Part shown: piece by piece, positions 29,060-38,200 of the stretch
Numbering within the stretch: position 1 is the first letter of the stretch
How the letters are laid out: each line of letters opens with the position of its first letter
Source of the DNA: an uncultured Verrucomicrobiae bacterium
Lineage (GTDB): Bacteria; Verrucomicrobiota; Verrucomicrobiia; Limisphaerales; Palsa-1400
Length of the DNA: 64,000 nucleotides
Assembly: GCA_963764165.1 (NCBI GenBank)
Contig: CAVXRD010000002.1
Coordinates: forward strand, 1 to 64,000
Direction of reading: 5' to 3'
Program-made: the position numbers and the translations under genes
Notes under the pieces: generated by a model
The model's database searches: none
Told to the model about the DNA's origin: nothing
The model's input: the letters and a program-made list of their open reading frames with translations, nothing else

Positions 29060-30742
29060 GAGATTGTCTCAAAACTTCTGTTTTTTGAGGAATGTATTTG
29101 ACAATATGTGAGCCTTTAGTTGACAATGCCGTTCAACAAATATGGCTCAACCGATTGCCCCTGATTACGGACAGCAGTTCCTCCTCCCGCCCGCCCTGGA
29201 GGACTGGGTGTCCGCCGACCATCCCGCCCGCTTCCTGCGCGAATTTGTCGACCAGTTGGATCTGCCCCAGCTTGGGTTTGTCATTCCCGCCGCCGCCGAA
29301 GGCCGTCCGCCCTATGCCCCCAGCCTCCTGCTCAAGATTTGGCTTTACGGTTATTTCCACCGCATTCGCTCCACCCGCAAGCTGGAAACCGCCTGCACGG
29401 AGCATGTCTCGCTGCTGTGGCTGACGGGGCTCAACGCCCCCGACCACAACAGCCTCTGGCGGTTCTGGGACGGAAACAAAAAGGCCCTGCGCCAGGTTTT
29501 CAAGCAAACCGTGCAGCTGGCCCTCCGCACCGGGGCGGTGGGATTTGCCTTGCAAGCGTTGGACGGCACCAAGATTCAAGCCGCCTGCAGCGGGCCGCAG
29601 GGCTGGAGCAAGGTTTACATGGAGAAGCTCCTGGCCCAGCTGGATGGCGCCTTGGAGGAAATCGAGCTCAAAGTCGTGGCGGAGAACCAGGATTCCAGCG
29701 CACCGGGCTGCCGGCTGCCCGCCGGGTTGGCCCAGCGCCAGGCCCTGCGCGAGGAAATCAAAAAAGGCCTGGCCCAGCTGCAGGCCGACGGGCGCCACCA
29801 TTACCATCCAGCCGAACCGGAGGCGCGCCGGATGAAAGTCGGCGACACCAACCGCTTTGCCTACAACGCCCAGGCGGTGGCCGACAGCCAGGAGGGCATC
29901 ATGGTCGCCTGTCAAGCCACCCGCCAGGAAACCGACGCCGGCCAGCTGGTCCCCATGATTGAAGAAGCGAGGCAAAACCTCGGTCCGGCGGCCATTCCAA
30001 CCCTCACCGCCGCCGACGCCGGCTATGGGGGCGGGGCCGACTTGAAAGCGGCCGTGGAACAGCAGATGAATGTGCTGGCCCCGCCGGCGGAGGGCAAGCC
30101 AGCCCACGACAACGCCTACGCGACGCAGCATTTTCATTATGACGAGGCGGCCCACACCGTCACCTGCCCGCAAGAGCGCCTTCTGGACCACGAAGGCCAG
30201 ACCACCAAGAAAGGCCAGACCGTTGAGCGCTTCCGCTGCCATCACCGAGACTGTCCCGTGCGCGCCCTCTGCAGCCGCGATCCCAAAGGGCGGCAAGTCG
30301 AAGTGTGGCCGCACACCACGCTGGTGCAAGCCATGCGGGCCCGGCTGCAAGAGCCAGGACCCGCCGCGCTTTATGGAAAGCGCAAAGAGATCATCGAACG
30401 CCGGTTTGGGCAGCTCAAGCAACACGACGGCTTTCGGCGTTGGACAGTTTGGGGTCTGGAAGCCGTGCAAGCCCAATGGGCCTTGTTATGCGCCACCTTG
30501 AACCTGCGAATCCTCTATAAAAAGTGGCAGGCCCGGGTCCAGACGCCGAAAATGGAAGTCAAAACCGCCGCGGTTGAAGGAAATTTGGCGATGGCGGCCT
30601 AAAAAAGGAGGGAAAGGGAAGCTTGGCGTCATCGCTGACGCCAGCCACGCTCTGACAACTAAAAGTTGACACCCGTTTCCACAGCCCCTATTGGTGCCCA
30701 TATAACCAGATCGGCCAGACTAAAACGTTTTGAGACAGTCTC
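29060..30742 (+). mobile_element. IS1182-family insertion sequence, 1683 bp
   Basis: Terminal IRs GAGATTGTCTCAAAAC (29060-29075) and GTTTTGAGACAGTCTC (30727-30742) match at 15/16; 4-bp target duplication GGCG (29056-29059, 30743-30746). Confidence 0.92.
29142..30602 (+). CDS. IS1182-family DDE transposase
   Basis: N-terminal GRPPYAPSLLLKIWLYGY...STRKLE; DDE motifs LDGTKIQA, ADAGY, IERRFGQLK. Confidence 0.93.
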   Translation: MAQPIAPDYGQQFLLPPALEDWVSADHPARFLREFVDQLDLPQLGFVIPAAAEGRPPYAPSLLLKIWLYGYFHRIRSTRKLETACTEHVSLLWLTGLNAPDHNSLWRFWDGNKKALRQVFKQTVQLALRTGAVGFALQALDGTKIQAACSGPQGWSKVYMEKLLAQLDGALEEIELKVVAENQDSSAPGCRLPAGLAQRQALREEIKKGLAQLQADGRHHYHPAEPEARRMKVGDTNRFAYNAQAVADSQEGIMVACQATRQETDAGQLVPMIEEARQNLGPAAIPTLTAADAGYGGGADLKAAVEQQMNVLAPPAEGKPAHDNAYATQHFHYDEAAHTVTCPQERLLDHEGQTTKKGQTVERFRCHHRDCPVRALCSRDPKGRQVEVWPHTTLVQAMRARLQEPGPAALYGKRKEIIERRFGQLKQHDGFRRWTVWGLEAVQAQWALLCATLNLRILYKKWQARVQTPKMEVKTAAVEGNLAMAA

Positions 30743-30814
30743 GGCGAGACGTCCCTACCTTGCAAAAATTTCAGAATTGATTATTCGCTATCACCGGCCA
30801 ACATCAGCGCATCA

Positions 30815-32227
30815 ATGAGCGGCGACAAATCATCCGTCAACGAACCGGCATACCCTGCTCCCTCGTCGAACGCTGGCGGATCGTGGTGGAAGTTATTGGG
30901 CCGTTATCAAAAGGAAGTATTCATCCTCGCCTCGCTGGCGTGGTTGTTTGATTGCTTCGGACAGCAGGTCTTCATCGTCGCCCGCGCCCCCGCCCTCGCC
31001 GATCTCATGCGCGGCGCGTCTCCAGAACGGCTGAAGGAATGGTCGGGAAACATGACGGCCATTTTCGTCGTCGGGTGGGCGACGGGCGGATTGATCTTTG
31101 GCGCGGTGGGCGACCGCATCGGACGGGCGCGCGCGCTGGCCATCACCATTTTGTTATACGGATTGTTCACGGGACTTTCCGGCCTCTCTGTCAGCCCGAT
31201 CGATTTCGCGGTTTACCGATTTATTGCGGGGCTTGGCGTCGGCGGCGTCTTCGGATTGGCGGTTGCGCTGTGCGCGGACGCTCTGCCGGATGTGGCGCGG
31301 CCGCACGCGCTTGGTTTGTTGCAGGCTTTGTCCGCTGTCGGGAACATGGCGGCCGGTTTGATGGCGGTTGTGCTTGGGTATCGTCAAGCCATGGATCCCG
31401 TGAGCCACCCGGCATGGAAACTCCTGTTTTTCTTCGGCGCGATTCCTCCCCTTCTCTGCGTGTTCTTCCAATTCAAAATGAAGGAGCCGGAAAAATGGGT
31501 GGCCGCCCGCCGCGAAGGGCGGCTGACCGGCGCGCAATTCGGCTCCTACAAATCGCTCCTGGGCCAGGGGCGGTGGCGCAAGCCCGCCCTATTTGGAGTG
31601 CTGCTGTGCGTCGCCGGAGTTGTTGGACTTTGGGGGATTGGTTTCTTCAGCCCGGAGCTTGTCAACTATGTAGTCGCCCGCAACCTGAGGGCGCATGGCG
31701 TGCCGGCGGCGGAAATTCCCGGGCGGCAGCAAATGTGGGTCGGCATGGCGAGCATCGCGCAAAATTTCGGCTCCTTCTTCGGCATGATGACGTTTACCAA
31801 ACTGGCGCATCATCACGGGCGCAAAAAAATATTCGCCCTGTCGGCCATTTGCGCCTTCGCCAGCACGGCGCTGGTTTTCAAATACTTGACGCAATCGTGG
31901 CAGATTTTTGTGTGGCTGCCGATCATGGGATTTTTTCAATTGGCGCTTTTCGCCGGATTCGCCATCTATCTTCCCGAGCTTTTCCCGCTCCGGCTTCGCA
32001 GCACGGGCGTTGGATTTTGCTACAACGTCGGAAGATTTGTCGCCGCCAGCGGGCCGCTCACCCTCGGCGCGCTGCAGCTTCGCCTTTCCCAGGGGGCGCC
32101 CACCGTCGAGGCCAAGATGGAGGCTTTTCGCAACGCCTGCTGCTGGGTCAGCTCGATTTATTTGCTGGCCCTGCTCGCGCTGCCGTTCCTGCCGGAGACA
32201 CGCGGACAGCCGCTGCCCGAAGACTGA
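30815..32227 (+). CDS. MFS transporter
   Basis: Motif A GAVGDRIGRAR, YLPELFPLRLRSTG, terminal LPETRG; many TM helices. Confidence 0.92.
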   Translation: MSGDKSSVNEPAYPAPSSNAGGSWWKLLGRYQKEVFILASLAWLFDCFGQQVFIVARAPALADLMRGASPERLKEWSGNMTAIFVVGWATGGLIFGAVGDRIGRARALAITILLYGLFTGLSGLSVSPIDFAVYRFIAGLGVGGVFGLAVALCADALPDVARPHALGLLQALSAVGNMAAGLMAVVLGYRQAMDPVSHPAWKLLFFFGAIPPLLCVFFQFKMKEPEKWVAARREGRLTGAQFGSYKSLLGQGRWRKPALFGVLLCVAGVVGLWGIGFFSPELVNYVVARNLRAHGVPAAEIPGRQQMWVGMASIAQNFGSFFGMMTFTKLAHHHGRKKIFALSAICAFASTALVFKYLTQSWQIFVWLPIMGFFQLALFAGFAIYLPELFPLRLRSTGVGFCYNVGRFVAASGPLTLGALQLRLSQGAPTVEAKMEAFRNACCWVSSIYLLALLALPFLPETRGQPLPED

Positions 32228-32230
32228 TTT

Positions 32231-33538
32231 ATGAGAATACTGGCCCTGACCAATCTGTATCCTCCCCATCACGCCGGCACATTCGACACCCGCTGCCAGA
32301 ACATAACCGATTCCCTGCGGCTGCGCGGCCATAGTGTTTTCGTATTGACGTCAAGCCACGGCTTGCGCTCTGAGCAGCAGGACGAGGATATCCACCGCCG
32401 CCTTACCTTGAACGGCGCCTTTGGCGATCCGCTGGTGACGAATTACAACGACATGAAGGCGCTCGAGCTTCACAACAACGAAGTGCTGCACGAAACCATC
32501 GCGCACTTTGCGCCGGAGCTCATTCATGTCTTCAGCATGCAGGGCCTTTCCAAATCGCTGATTTTTTCTCTTCGCCACGCGCGGCTGCCTGTTGTTTACG
32601 ATGTCTATGATCACTGGCTTTCGGCCAACGTGCGCGAGGATCCGTGGCTGCGTTTCTGGAACGCGCCCTCGCTGCCCATCGTCTCGGGCTCGAGCCGGAA
32701 AATGCTGGAGTTAAGCGGCGAGCGCGGCCGATTGGACACCACCGCCCCGACGCGGATGATGAAGGGCTACGACCGCATCCCCGGCATTTTCGGCGAAGGC
32801 AAGGATCGCGCGGTGGAAGCAAACTCGATTGCCGGATTTCGATTTGACAGAATTTATTTTTGCAGCGAGGCGCTGAAACGGCTGACCGAGCAGGTTGGCT
32901 ACACCGTGCGTCACGCCTCGGTGATTTATCCCGGCGTCACGGCGGCATACATCGGGGAAATCAAGCCGCCGGGGGCGCCGATGGACAAATTTCTTATTGT
33001 CAGCAAGCTCAACCAGGAAAGTGGAGTGATGACAGCCTTGAAAGCCGTTCACACGGCGCGGCAGGCCGGATTGAAAATCAGCCTCAGCATCTACGGGCGC
33101 GGTGATTCGGCTTACGTGGCGGAGTTGCGCTCGTTCGCGGTTTCGCGCCAATTGCCGGTGGAATTTCTCAACGTTTCAAATAACTCCAAAGATCTTCCGG
33201 CGGTTTACAAGGCGCATCACGTTCTCCTGCACACGCCGCAATGGTCGGAGCCATTTCCGTTCACGCCCCTGGAAGCGATGGCGTGCGGCCTTCCGGTCAT
33301 TGGCTCAACGGCGGGCGCCGCGGAGGAACTTCTGCACCACGGCGAAAATTGCCTGACCTTCCCGCCGGGTGACGCGGTTCAATTGGCCGCGCGCATTCAG
33401 GAGCTGATGATCTCCCCCGCCCTGCGCTGCCAGATGGCGGAAACGGCCCAGGCGCAGGTGCTCGAGCGATTCAATGACGCCACTGTCATGGACAAGGTCG
33501 AAGCCTTTCTGACCGAGTCCCAAACCCAGACCGAGTAA
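32231..33538 (+). CDS. Glycosyltransferase family 4 protein
   Basis: MRILALTNLYPPH, EPFPFTPLEAMACGLPVI. Confidence 0.9.
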   Translation: MRILALTNLYPPHHAGTFDTRCQNITDSLRLRGHSVFVLTSSHGLRSEQQDEDIHRRLTLNGAFGDPLVTNYNDMKALELHNNEVLHETIAHFAPELIHVFSMQGLSKSLIFSLRHARLPVVYDVYDHWLSANVREDPWLRFWNAPSLPIVSGSSRKMLELSGERGRLDTTAPTRMMKGYDRIPGIFGEGKDRAVEANSIAGFRFDRIYFCSEALKRLTEQVGYTVRHASVIYPGVTAAYIGEIKPPGAPMDKFLIVSKLNQESGVMTALKAVHTARQAGLKISLSIYGRGDSAYVAELRSFAVSRQLPVEFLNVSNNSKDLPAVYKAHHVLLHTPQWSEPFPFTPLEAMACGLPVIGSTAGAAEELLHHGENCLTFPPGDAVQLAARIQELMISPALRCQMAETAQAQVLERFNDATVMDKVEAFLTESQTQTE

Positions 33539-33550
33539 ACCGGACGGCCC

Positions 33551-34915
33551 ATGAATCTGCTCGTCATATTCATCGGTCTGGCCGCTTACTGCTTCGTGCT
33601 GCACGAGTTCTCCCAGCGATTTCCACCAGAGCAAATCCCCGCCTTGCGCCGATGGTTCCGCACTTGGACGATCAAGGGTTTGCTGACGCCCGTGTTGTTT
33701 TGGCTTCTGTTCAATGGCGCGATTTGGCAGGCGCTGCCGCCCTTGATGCAACGAGTCCAATTCGCCAAATTAAACGGTCATTGGGCCGAAGGCTTTTACG
33801 CCGCGGCGGTCCTCGGGCTGTTCGTTATTTCAACGTATTGGGCGGCTTTGACCACGGCGTGGCTGCTGGTGGTGTTGCGCGAAAACGTGCCCAGCCCGCA
33901 GCAATACCGCTCCTGCATCCTTTCGTGGTCCGTCCTGCTCGGTCCGATTGCTTTGCTGATGACATGGTCGTTCGGATGGCAGATGGCCGGCCTGGCGGGA
34001 TGCTTTTGGGCGATTCCGATTCTTCAGCAAGTCGCCGCCCTCCAGCCGGACCCAAAAGCCGTGGCGGTCTACACGCGCGCCATCGCGGCCATGCACTTCG
34101 ACAAATACGAAGTCGCCGAGCAAGCCGTCATTGAACAGCTGGAAACGCATGAAGACGATTTCGACGGCTGGCTGCTGCTGGCGGAACTTTACGCAAATCA
34201 ATTTCATGACCTCCCCGGGGCGCAAAACATTATAAATGACATCTGCGGCCAGCCCGCCACGACGGCTTCGCAATTCGCTGTCGCCTGCCATCGGCTTGCC
34301 GATTGGCACCTCAAGCTCGGCAACGACCCCGACGCCGCCCGCGCGGCTCTCGAAAAAATCTGCCGGCGCTTCCCGCGATCGCATTTGGATCACATGGCGC
34401 GCCTGCGCATCAACCAGTTGCCCGCCAATCGCGAGGAATGGCTGGCGCAGCAATCCGTCAGGAAAATCAAGCTGACCGGATTGGATGGCCAAAAGACATA
34501 TTCCGAAAAAGCACAGTCTGAGCAACGAACTCACCAGGAAGCCTTCGCCCGGAGCCAGGAGTGCATCGCGCAATTGACCGCGAACCCGGACGACACCGCG
34601 ACGCGCGAGGAACTGGCCCATGTGTGGGCGGAAGAGCTGGGCCAGATCGAAATGGCGGTGGAGCAACTGGAGCTATTGATGTCCATGCCACGAACTCCAG
34701 CCGCGAAAATGGCGGAGTATTTGGGTTTGATCGCGCAATGGCATTTGAAATTCCCGCAAAACATTCCCGCCGCCACCGCCGCCATGGAGCGGCTTGCGCG
34801 GCAATATCCAAATGCGCCCCAAGCCTTGGCCGCCCGCCGACGCCTCAAAGTCATGGAGATCGAATCCAAAATGAGAGCCGAGGCAGGGACGCCTCGCCGA
34901 GGCGTCCGGGATTGA
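33551..34915 (+). CDS. Membrane protein with C-terminal TPR-like repeats
   Basis: About 5 TM helices, then helical repeats (GWLLLAELYA, ALEKICRRFP, MERLARQYP). Confidence 0.75.
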   Translation: MNLLVIFIGLAAYCFVLHEFSQRFPPEQIPALRRWFRTWTIKGLLTPVLFWLLFNGAIWQALPPLMQRVQFAKLNGHWAEGFYAAAVLGLFVISTYWAALTTAWLLVVLRENVPSPQQYRSCILSWSVLLGPIALLMTWSFGWQMAGLAGCFWAIPILQQVAALQPDPKAVAVYTRAIAAMHFDKYEVAEQAVIEQLETHEDDFDGWLLLAELYANQFHDLPGAQNIINDICGQPATTASQFAVACHRLADWHLKLGNDPDAARAALEKICRRFPRSHLDHMARLRINQLPANREEWLAQQSVRKIKLTGLDGQKTYSEKAQSEQRTHQEAFARSQECIAQLTANPDDTATREELAHVWAEELGQIEMAVEQLELLMSMPRTPAAKMAEYLGLIAQWHLKFPQNIPAATAAMERLARQYPNAPQALAARRRLKVMEIESKMRAEAGTPRRGVRD

Positions 34916-35157
34916 AACGGGGCGCGGCTGTGTCGAAGACCAGCCGCAGCGCGTTTCATTGCCAAGAGCGCCGGTCAATTCCACGTTGCTGCGGCTGGTC
35001 TTCGACACAGCCGTATCTCCGGTGGAGACGCGCGCAAAGACCAAGGCATGGCTCGGCAGGAGGCCCCAACCAACGAATCGGTGAGAAGTTCCGACGAACA
35101 AATTTCGCGTTTGGAGGTAGGGACGCCTCGCGCCGGACGCCTCGTCGAGGCGCTACC
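34882..35157. repeat. Mosaic REP cluster (A, B doublet, collapsed A doublet)
   Basis: Family A at 34882-34908; family B perfect 26-bp IR at 34925-34950 / 34988-35013; collapsed A doublet at 35116-35157. Confidence 0.8.
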
Positions 35158-35203
35158 TTTCGACTGGACAAACGGCAAGAATGGGTTAGTGTCCCCATAC
35201 CAA

Positions 35204-38200
35204 GTGAGAACGCCGCAGCCAAGGTTCATCGCCTTCTACTTAAACGCCCTGGTATTATTCGTATTGACAGCCTCCGCGCTGGGCCAGGCGAAACTTCAAA
35301 CCGTCCATTCGGAGCGTCCGTGGGACGCCGCGAGCCTCAAGGCCGCGAAGTCAATGGATCCCACCCGCAGCCTGCGCGTTACACTGGGGCTTCCGCTGCG
35401 CAACCACGATGAGTTGAGGGCGTTGCTGCGCGACATCTATACGCCGGGCAATGCGAATTACCACCATTACCTAACCGCCTCCGAATTCGCGTCGCGCTTC
35501 GGGCCGGATGAAGATGATTACGCCGCTGTTGTTCGCTTCGCGGAATCGCACGGACTGAAGGTAACCGGGCGGCATTCCAATCGGACGCTCGTCGACGTCC
35601 AGGGAAAGGCGCGCGACGTCGAAAAAGCTTTTCACGTTCACATGCAGGTTTTCCAGCATCCGACGGAAGCGCGCGCGTTCTTCGCGCCGGACGCCAATCC
35701 ATCGGTGGATTTGGCGGTTCCCCTGCTCACGATTCAAGGGCTGGATAACTTTATGGTACCGCATCCGATCAATCTCAAAACCGCCTTCGCGACCACCAAC
35801 GCCATTGCCAATTCGTTTGGCACCGGCCCGCGCGGCTCCTACATGGGGGCGGATTTTCGCGCCTCCTATGCGCCCGGCGTGGCGTTGACCGGCACGGGGC
35901 AAACGGTGGGATTGCTCGAGTTTGATGGCTATTACGCAGACGACATCGCGCAGTATAAATTCCTCGCCAAGCTGCCCGATGTTCCGCTGACGAACGTTCT
36001 TCTAAACGGATTTAGCGGTGTTCCCGGCGGCGCCGCGATGGAGGTTACGGCGGACATTGATATGGCCATCTGCATGGCGCCGGGGCTTTCCAGCGTGATG
36101 GTTTATGAAGGCGGAAATCCAAACACCATTTTGAATCAGATGGCCACGGATAACCTCGCGAAATCACTAAGTTCTTCCTGGGGTTATTATCCAGTCGTCG
36201 ATGCGACGCGGACGCAAATTTTCGAGCAGTTCGCCGCACAGGGCCAAACGATGTTCCAGGCGTCCGGCGATTATGGAGCTTACTCGCCCGGCGTCATTTC
36301 CTCCCCCAGCGACGATCCGAATCTCACCATCGTCGGCGGCACGATCCTGACGACGGCCGGGCCCGGCGGGCCTTGGTTGGCGGAGTCGGCTTGGTCTGGC
36401 GGCAGCGGCGGCTACAGCAGCAATTTCGCCCTGCCGAGCTGGCAGGCGAATATCGCGAACTCGGCAAACCACGCCTCTTCGACCGGCCGCAATCTTCCGG
36501 ATGTGGCGGCCATTGCGGATTCCATTTGGCTGATCGCGCTGAACGGCGAACAGGGATTTGTTGGCGGCACGAGCACGGCTGCACCGCTGTGGGCCGGGTT
36601 TGCCGCGCTGGTGAACCAGCAAGCCGCCGCCGAAGGCAAACCGCCCATCGGATTCCTGAATCCCCTTCTCTACTCCATCGGAAGAACGTCCGCCTACACG
36701 TCCGCGTTCCACGACATCACGGTTGGCAACAACACGAACAGCGTCAGCACGTCAAACTATTTTGCCGAACCGGGCTACGACCTATGCACAGGGTGGGGAT
36801 CGCCCGCTGGAAGCAATCTTATCACCGCGCTTCTCTCGCCGCCCGGCGCTCTTCAAATTTTCGCGAACTCGGGGCTCGCCGCCAGCGGAAGCCAGGGTGG
36901 TTCATTTTCCCCCGCGAACCAGGAAGTGCTGCTGGAAGATTTTGCCACGAACTCGGTGAATTGGTCGGCGGGGGTGTCGGCGCCGTGGTTGTCACTAAGT
37001 CCCGCCAGCGGCACGGTCGCAAACGGCGGCACTGCGTCCATTTTGCTGCTGAGCGTGAATTCCGCCGCGAGCGCGCTTCCTCCGGGGAATTACTCCGCGA
37101 CGATTTGCTTCACGAATCTTGCGGACGGCACTGTTCAAACGCGCCCCTTTGCGCTCGCGGTCACGCCGGGTTCGGCCGCGCCGTTAATCTATTCGCAGCC
37201 GGTTTCCCAGGAGGCCGCGCCCGGCGCAAGCGCAGCATTTACAGTGAAAGCCGCGGGAAACGCGCGCCTCACCTACCAATGGCAGCAGAACGGCGTGAAT
37301 GTTTCCAACAATGCGAATGTCACTGGCGCGACCACTGCGACACTGACCCTCGAAAACATTTCCTTAGCTTCCGCCGGAACATACACCGTAATCGTCAGCA
37401 ATTCGCTCGGGGTGGCGGCGAGTTCGAATGCTATCCTAACGCTGGCCCCCATCACCGCCAGCGGCGTGGCGATTTCTAATCTCTATTCCTTCACCGCGGG
37501 ATCCGACGGCGCAAATCCGAATGGCCTGATGCAGGCGAGCGACGGGAATTTTTACGGCACCACTCAATACGGCGGAATCAATTCAGCAGGCACCGCGTTT
37601 CGGTTTTCGCCGGCGGGCGCCCTTCAGACAATGTTTCAGTTCGGCGGAACGGATGCTGGATACACTCCGCAGGCCGCACTCGTCCAGGGTGCTGACGGCG
37701 GATTATACGGAACAACCGCTTCCGGCGGCACCATTGGCGGCGGCATCATTTTCAAGATCACCACCAACGGCGTTTTTGCAACGTTGTACAATTTCAACGG
37801 CGGCGACGGCGATTCTCCTGAAGTGCCTATGATTCTGGGCGCAGATGGAAATCTTTACGGCACGACATCGAGCGGCGGGGCGGCTGGCGACGGGGAGATT
37901 TTCGAACTGACGCAGGCCGGCGCGCTGACGCAAATAGGCACGTTCAATTATTTTAACGGATTCGATCCAAGCAAGCTGACTCAGGGAATCGACGGCAGTT
38001 TTTACGGGACGACCTTTGGCGGCGGCGCGCCCGGGGATGGCACGGTATTCAATCTCTCCACCAACGGATTGCTGACAACACTATTTGTATGTGACTACAC
38101 GAACGGCGGTTATCTCCCCCTCGCCGGTTTATCGCAAGCGCCGGACGGAAATTTATACGGCACGACTTACGAAGGCGGCGCGTCGAATTTCGGGACCCTT

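Larger units (their letters stand above)
28907..30759. repeat. REPIN family A interrupted by IS1182
   Basis: Left REP at 28907-28933; right REP split into 29046-29059 and 30743-30759 by the IS. Confidence 0.85.

Noticed and set aside
29133..32334. Long antisense or alternate-frame ORFs (29133-30476 minus, 30952-32334 plus; also 26932-28251 minus)
   Set aside because: Shadow ORFs of GC-rich genes that have clear protein motifs in another frame.
35048..35203. N-terminal extension of the S53 ORF given in the ORF track
   Set aside because: It translates REP sequence (EVGTPR...) and would bury the signal peptide; GTG 35204 is more plausible.
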